Part shown: positions 55,899-64,000 of the stretch, one piece after another | Layout of the letters: the number at the start of each line of letters is the position of its first letter | How positions within the stretch are numbered: the stretch's first letter is position 1 | Origin: the human T2T-CHM13v2.0 reference genome, Homo sapiens | Direction: 5' to 3' (one strand) | DNA: 64,000 nt | Assembly: GCF_009914755.1 (NCBI RefSeq) | Contig: NC_060927.1 | Position numbers and translations under genes: made by a program | Notes under the pieces: model-generated | What the model was told of the DNA's origin: nothing | Database searches by the model: none | Seen by the model: only the letters and a program-made list of their open reading frames with translations

Positions 55899-57637
55899 TC
55901 TATGGTGTTTTTCTTCTGTGGATTTAAACTGAGAAAATGGAGCTGACAATCCCTTTCTTTATTTAGATTTTCCCCTAGGATTTTGTGTTGCAGGGGAATA
56001 TACCGGTCTAGGTCTATGTCAATGACCTGGGTCAATGACCTGGGGAATTGTTTTGGAGTCACTCTTGGTATTTGTTGCAGGGCCTAGGCAATCATGGAGC
56101 AGCTACAGCTGCCTCTGGCAGAGAGCAGTATGGATTGACTCTGCAGTTGTAATGTGACTGCAACCCCATTTGAGGAAAGGGTATTTGTTGTAGTCAACCT
56201 GCAGGTCACTAGGTCCATACTTTGCTTAGCTTTTAAACTGTCTTTGTATCATGACTTGAGTAGCTGATTGACACTTGAGTTTCTTGGGTCTCTTTCTTGT
56301 GTTCTGGAATTCAGTGTACCATCTTGTTCTGTTTTATGATTAATCTTTTTGAGAGGCCTACAAAACAGATATATCACAAGTAGGAAAATTAAAAGCAAAC
56401 ACTGATTTATAAACAGTTCACAAAAAATCAAGAGGATACAGAAATTCCCTTTGTTCCATGATATATATTTGTTTCCCTCATGACATGGCTCCTCATTTTA
56501 CCATCAGAGGGTACAAAAGCATCTTCTTAGCTCCAAGATACCTAACAGTTACAGTATACTTGACCAATTGACCAGCTTCAATGGACCCCTTTTTCCTTTG
56601 AGTTCTTTACTTTGTTTAGTTCTCCATTGTAGTAATAGCCAACATTTAAAGAGGCCTTTACTGCTCGAAAATGCTTTTACATACATTGACAAAGAGGCCC
56701 TCACAATGCCTTTGGAGCCGGTTGAACTGAATATTATTAGGTGCCCCTGTAAAGAGTGGGTCATAGAATGGTTTCACCACCATTTTTATGGATCTGGGAG
56801 ATTAGGGACCATGTCAATTTGTTGTGGTTGTTGATCATGCGTTCTTTTACCACTAAAATGAAGAACAGAAAGGGACAAAAATGAGGAAAGAAGTAAGAGG
56901 AGGAGAAAATGGGAAAGAAGAAGACAGGTCATTGTGTTAAAATAACAAGTAAAACAGTTAACAGCTGGAAGCTCCAATTGGCTGGACTGAGGGCTGCAGA
57001 AGGCTGACAAGGTGGTTCCTTTTTTTTTTTGATCTATCTCAAGCCCACAAATGGCCCAAGTACATCGTTGGAGCTCTCAATTCAAAATTTGCTGCATGAA
57101 CTGATGAATAGAGATGACTTAACAATGCTTCCTTCTGGATGGAGGAATTTTAGCATTTTTACATGTATAGGTCCCACTCACCTGTTCTTTTCAAAACATG
57201 ATTGGTAACAAATAAAACATTCAAACAATCTAATTTTCTCCTGCCTAGACAATTTCAAACGCATTAGGAATAATATTTTTCACCAGATTGATTAAATTAA
57301 TAGATTGCTTTAGTGTCATGTCTGCCATATTATAATTTGCTGAACTAATTGTTTTTCCAAATCAAAAGCAGACAGGCCCCTTGCCCTATGCACAGTAACT
57401 ATGGCAAAAACTAACTAGTGGTTTTGTCCTCATGTATTCCTGACTTTTATTTTTTTAAATAGGAGATTGTGCCTGGGAAATTGCCACTGCCCTAGAAAAT
57501 CTCAGCTCATTACTTTCTGTATTATTATTCACTTTGACATTTGTTTGCTACCTTTAAAGTTGCTGGGGTTTTTTTTTTTTTTTTGACTCAAGAATGTATG
57601 GCTTAGCTCACGACTAAACTGAAAATTCCTCAAGAAT

Positions 57638-58745
57638 AATATGGACTGAATTGTGTCCCCCCCAACCTCCACCCAAAAATTCATATGCTGAAGGTTAATA
57701 TGGTTTGGATTTGTGTCCCCACCCAAATCTCATGTCAAATAGTAATCTCCAATGTTGGAGGAGGGGCCTGGTGGAAGGAGATTGGATCATGGGAGCAGAT
57801 TTCCTCATTGCTGTTCTCATGATAGTGAATGAGTTCTCACAAGATTTGGTTGTTTAAAAGTGTGTAGCACCTCCCCCTTCTCTCTCTTTCTTCTGCTTCT
57901 GCCATGTAGGATGTGCCTGCTTCCCCTTCACCTTCTGCCATGATTGTAAGTTTCCTGAGAACTCCCCAGCCATGCTACCTGTACAGGCTGTGGAACTGTG
58001 AGGCAATTACTACACCTCTTTTCTTTATAAAGTACGCAGTCTCAGGTATTTCTTTATAGCAGTGCTAGAAGGGACTAATACAAATATCTAACCTCTGGTT
58101 CTTCAGAATATGACTGTATTTGGACATTGGGCCTTTGGAGGCAATTGAGTTAAAATGAGGCCATTGGGTTTGGCCATAATCCAATCTGACTGGTGTCTTC
58201 ATAAGAAGAGGAAATCTGCACACACAGAGAAACACCAGGGATGCACACACACAGAGGAAAGACCATGTGAGGACACAGCAAGAAGGGCAGCCATCAGCCA
58301 GATGTGGTGTCTCACGCCTGTAATCCCAGCACTTTGGGAGGCTGTGGGGGGCAGATCATTTGAGTTCAGGAGATCGAGACCAGCCTGACCAACATGGTGA
58401 GCCCCCATCTCTACTAAAAATACAAAAAACTTAGCTGAGTGTGGTGGCGCATGCCTCTAGTCCCAGGCAGGAAAATTGTTTGAATCCAGGAGGCGGAGGT
58501 TGCAGTGAGCTGAGATTGCGCCATTTCACTCCAGCCTGGGAGACAGAGCAAGACCCCGTCTCAAAAAAAAAAAAAAAAAACGCAGCCATCCACAAGACAA
58601 GGAGAAAGCCCTCAGGAGAAACCAATCCTGTGACACCTTGATCTTGGACTTCTAGCTTTCAGAACTGTGAGAAAATAAAATTTATTGTTTAAGCCACCCA
58701 GTCTGTGGTATTTTTGTTACAGCAGCCCTAGCAAATGAATATAGA
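57638..58745 (+). mobile_element. MLT1A/C-like LTR with nested MST-type LTR (~57697-58082) and nested AluS (~58297-58580)
   Basis: MLT1 start 'tatggactgaattgtgtcccc' and end 'aagccacccagtctgtggtatttttgttacagcagccctagcaaa'. MST 'atatggtttggatttgtgtccccacccaaatctcatg...ggactaataca'. Alu TSD gcagccatc. Confidence 0.85.
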
Positions 58746-58904
58746 TAATGACATTTTATACTTCTCCAACATATTCTTGACCCATCATGCTTTATAAAAT
58801 GCTCAATGCACAACTTAGACAACACTCGATACCAGTTGCATTTGTTTTTTATCTTTTATGTATTTAAAAAAATCTATTAATGAGATAATAGTTAATGTAA
58901 TTGA

Positions 58905-59206
58905 CTTCTTCTTTTTTTTTTTTTTGAGGCAGAGTCTCACTCTGTCACCCCGGCTGGAGTGCAGTGGCATGATCTCAGCTCACTGCAACCTCTGCCTCCT
59001 GGGTTCAAGTGATTCTCGTGCCTCAGCCTCCTGAGTAGCTGTGATTATAGGCACACACCACCATGCCCAGCTTATTTTTGTATTCTTAGTAGAGATGGGG
59101 TCTCACCATGTTGGCCAGGCTGATCTCAAACTCCTGACCTCAAAAGATCCACTTGCCTCGGGCTCCCAAAGTGCTGGGATTACAGGTGTGAGCCACCGTG
59201 CCCCGC
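58905..59206 (-). mobile_element. AluS-type element
   Basis: Reverse dimeric Alu. Confidence 0.9.
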
Positions 59207-59486
59207 TGCAATTCATTTCATTGTTTATTTTGGTTTGTTGGCAAATAGCTCTCTGTCTTTATTATGTCTAATCATTTGTTTGAATAGTAATACATGTCCA
59301 TGGTAAATATTTTAGACAGTATGAAAGATTATATGATGAAAGGTAAGTGCCCCACCTCCCTCAGTTCCCTCTTTCCTTCCCTAGAGGTAACCATTATTAC
59401 CGGCGTATTGTCTATCTTTCCAGATACATATTTGCTTAAAAACAGATGTGTGTGTGTACATGTGTCTAGTATATGCATCTATATTA

Positions 59487-59846
<360 letters not shown>

Positions 59847-60664
59847 CTATAAATGCATATATAAATATGCATCCCCTTCTCGATTTTCTTTTTTGTTTTA
59901 TTCTGTTTTTAAATTATGACAGCATAATATGCATGTTTCTACTTTTTAAAGAGAGCTAACAGTATATCTTGGGAATTGTTCCATATGGGACATACAAACA
60001 CATATTGTTCTTTGTAATTTTGGGGTTGCATTTATTTTAAGTGTATGGTCCTCCCTGCTTCCTCTACCCTAACATGCACTCACATGGAGAACAAGCAGGA
60101 AGTACAAATACAAATAAAGAGGTTTATTCTCGCTGCTACTTCTTGATAGAAGTATTTGAGTGACAAATTTAACCAGATGATCAAGCTGGAAGCATTAAAC
60201 AAGAGGGCACAACTTTTAGACAGTCCAAATGAGCAGGAATATTGCAGCGAGACTTTCTCTGACCGACCCCACATGTTTCCAGTCACTATACTAACTGCAG
60301 GCACACCAGCAATCATATTTACAGCCTAGTTCAGCCCCAAATTTATTGTGCAATTACTATTGTACCAAGAAAATGGAAATAACTAAAAAAGAAACAGACA
60401 TAAATCTACCACACTAGAAAACCAAGGTGTTTTTTCTTGTTCCCTATTAGTTATTGCTTGCTTTTATACATACTTTGATCATTTTAATTACAAATCAGAA
60501 CAATTATGTATTCTGCTTTTGTCTCTTAAACTGAATCATAAACATTGCTATTTGTTACCATGTTTACTTAATAACTTTATGTGCTTGTGTAATAGTCCAT
60601 GTAGTCACTGGATTGTTTCCTCTCACTTTTAAAAAGAAAAACTGTACTATCTGAGCTATAGTTA

Positions 60665-60979
<315 letters not shown>

Positions 60980-61349
60980 TTACAAGAAAATTAATCTGAC
61001 ATATATTTAATAATACACATGTTATTGAGCTACATGGTAATTAACTATAAAATGGAGAGCATTGCCTATAAAAAATTATAACTAACATTGTCTATACTCT
61101 GTGAAATAAAAACTTTCTAGGGGAGGTGCTGTAAAGAGGAAACTGTTCAGATGCCCTCCTGAAGAAGAAATAGACTTTTCTATACCTTTACGGAAATGAG
61201 CCTGCAAATTCTTTTTCTCCATTCCTGTAGCTGAAACTCTGCTTGCACAGAGGTAGAAGGAGCACAGTGGCATGCCTCAATCAGATTAGGTTAATCAGGT
61301 TGATTTTCTAGCAACTAGCTAAAAGTGTCAATGACTAATGGCCTTCTTT

Positions 61350-62380
61350 AATTAATTAACTTAATCAGCAAATATTTATTGGGCATTTATTATGTGCTGG
61401 ATGTGGCATACATAGGGAAAAAATAACCGAGACCTCTGCTCCCTTACAGTTTACAATCTAGACAAGGTATAGCATAGTAATCAAATAAGCAATAAATAAA
61501 ATAATGACAACTTTTAGTAATTATTAAGAAAGATTCAGGGCACTATCACAGATAGCAATGAAGTTGGGAAATTCTTTACATAGCGAATGAGAGGAGGCTT
61601 CTCTGTAAGAGTAAGTCACGTTGACACTGAAACTTGATGGAGAGGAAAGAGTCAGCCACACAAAGAGCAGGGGAAATAGGGGCCAGCAGGAGCAAAGGCT
61701 CTGAGGCATGGTGTATGCTTGAGATGACTAAGACCACTGGGACTGTGGTGCAGGGGGCAGCAGGCAACGTGGCCTGGGCGAGGTGGAGAGGAGGGCATGG
61801 GTCTTACCATGCACGGCCCAGAACACCACGGCGGGAGCCTGAATTTCATTCAAGGTACAATGCAAAGCCAGGTAAAAGTCTTAAGCAGGAGAATGGTGTA
61901 ATTCAAATCGTGTTTTAAAAAGAACTTTTGGCCACTGCGTGGACGACAGATTGGAGGAGGGCAAGAATGGAAGTTGAAGGAATAATTAGAAGGTCGTTGG
62001 TGTTGCTGCACGAGAAGAGACCTTGGCTGGAATCTGAGTGGTGGCAGTGGAAGTGGAGACTAATCACGGGTATGGGGGCTGGAGCTGCTGGCTGAAAGGA
62101 CTGTGAAGAATGAGAGAAAAGCAAGTTGCCAATCATGACTCCCAGGTTTCCAGGCAAGCTCCACATTTAGAAGTGAGAGGCAGGAAGGCAAGAGGTCTCT
62201 CCTGGATATTTAAGTTGGAGATGCCTTGTGGGACATCCGAATGGAACTATCCGCGTGGCAGTGAGATATAGGAGTCTCAGGTCGATATTATCAGCCTGGC
62301 AATATTCAAAGCCCGAGGACTGGATGAGACTCAAGGAGAGTGTGTAGTTGGGGAAAAGAAGGAGCCCAGGACTGAGTCAG
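61350..62380 (-). mobile_element. L2 remnant
   Basis: L2 3' end in reverse ('cagcaaatatttattgggcatttattatgtgctgg') followed by a purine-rich L2 body. Confidence 0.75.
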
Positions 62381-63625
62381 TAACTTCTCAGAGATGTGCA
62401 ATCATGACCAGAAGTAAATCCCCAACTGGTGGAAAGTCAAGCTCTCTGATGATTTGTAGTGTATGTTTTTACTATTAAATAATCCCTCAGTGGTCAGAGA
62501 AACTATCCAGAGAAATTATTTTCTTTCAGGTCTTTCAGTTTCTCTCTGCCTACCTCTCCTAGTTCTGGTATCACCTAACCCTTAGGGATCCTCCTACAGG
62601 GAAAGAGGGGGAAATGTGGGTAAGGTTTTTCATGCTCTGTGACCATGTAGGCTGTCACCTTAAGTGGTTCTTTGATCAAGGGAAACCCATCAGGTCTCAG
62701 TCAATCCAAGAGATGATATGTTTGCTTTGGAAAAGAAAGCGATCTAACATTTAAAATCTCTCCAACTGGAAAATGAAATGGAATATTTCCAGGCTTCCAA
62801 GCATGCATATGCCCAGAAATACCCTACTAATGCTGCACTTTCCTCTACTCTGAAGAAATTAGATAGACTTATTTCCCAGGATTACGTTTAGTTTGAGACA
62901 CTGCATCTGTAAAGGCTCAGTTCATGCTATATTGTGAATGACCATAAAAAAGGCAGGAGGCCCTGTAAATTAGGGTTACAGGTTTTGTATTGGCATAGGA
63001 AACCCAAATTCTACATTTAAGCCACCGCCTCCTCATGGCCAAATAACAACAGACTGAAATATGTGTTAAATAATGGATAAAGCTTGCTCTTCTGTAAAGA
63101 TTGATTTTAAGGACAAGAACTAGAGGATGCTATGAATTCAGTGGGAAAAGACACTGTTTAATCTTTTCTGAAAAATATCTGATGAGACAAACACACGTTA
63201 TTTTCTGATTATGCCTCCTCTCCGTCTGACATTTTGTGCCTGATTTATGTAAAGAAGTGTTTCAATGCACTGTTTGTGATTTCAGTGAATTGAGGCAAAA
63301 ACTCTTTTTCCTAGAATGTCAAGATTCATAGATTTTTGGGTCAGAAAGAGCTTTTGAGAGAATTCAGGCCATCTCTCTTATTTTCTGAAAATGAAAAGAG
63401 AGAGATAAAGGACCTGGCCAAAATTAACACTGTGATTAGAGAGATAGGCCTGCCATCCAGAACTCATGCATGATTGACAACACTGCTTTTCCCACAATTT
63501 GAATTCAAACCCATAGAAAACTGCTACTGAAACAATGAAGTAGAATTTCAGTTTTTTGGTTAACTGTTCATTTTTTACAAGGTTGAACTTTATTCTAAAA
63601 AAACTAATCGTATTAAAAATGTTGG

Positions 63626-63765
63626 GGGTCCAGAAACAGTAGCTTATGCCTGTAATGCCAGCACTTTGGGAGGCTAAGATATGAGGGTTGCTTTAGGCCA
63701 GGAGTTCAAGACCAGCCTTGGCAACTTAAAGAAACCTTGTCTCTACAAAAATAATAATAATAAAA
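63626..63765 (+). mobile_element. Alu left monomer (FLAM/AluJ-like)
   Basis: 'gcttatgcctgtaatgccagcactttgggaggc...accttgtctctacaaaaataataataa'. Confidence 0.8.
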
Positions 63766-64000
63766 ATTTTTTGGAACATAAGAAAAAGAAAAAAATCACA
63801 TGCATGCAATCACTGTTAGCATTTTAATGTATTTCCTTCTAGATTTTCTTTTCTGGGCATATTTAAACATGATGATTATTTAGTGTATACTTAATTTCAT
63901 GTTTTCCGTTAATATAAGCATTTCTAATGGATGCAGAATGTTCTTGCAAATGAATATGCTATAATTTATTGAATCTTTCTGTGGTTGTTGGGCATTTAGG

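Noticed and set aside
62390-63100. Possible promoter or first exon of the next plus-strand gene (possibly CCDC83)
   Set aside because: No CpG island, unambiguous donor or clear X-box visible; suggested only by recollection of the locus.

Overview
Human genomic DNA; a near-consensus AluYb8, a human-specific subfamily, fixes the species. No intact cellular protein-coding exon is recognisable, and the long protein-like ORFs are LINE-1 remnants. The main landmark is a CpG-island promoter at ~16.9-18.6 kb with a short non-coding first exon on the minus strand (CCG|GTAAGTG donor at 18241/18240), a CCAAT box, GC boxes, a G-quadruplex motif and a near-perfect REST/RE1 element in intron 1. Everything to the left is then intron 1 and everything to the right is upstream sequence. 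From memory this looks like the 5' end of SYTL2 and the interval towards CCDC83, which I cannot verify. The rest is repeats: two L1PA copies, about 18 Alus, MaLR/ERVL LTRs, hAT elements, MIR and L2. Best observations: (i) three locally templated short duplications 1.0-1.6 kb apart (a 209-bp ungapped inverted repeat, a ~95-bp direct copy inside a MIR, and a tailless inverted copy of a neighbouring Alu); (ii) a 3' transduction carried by the near-full-length L1; (iii) two candidate minus-strand exons upstream of the promoter, one in frame; (iv) an IR1 nuclear-receptor element created by a 13-bp tandem duplication. I see no evidence for a wholly new biological system.
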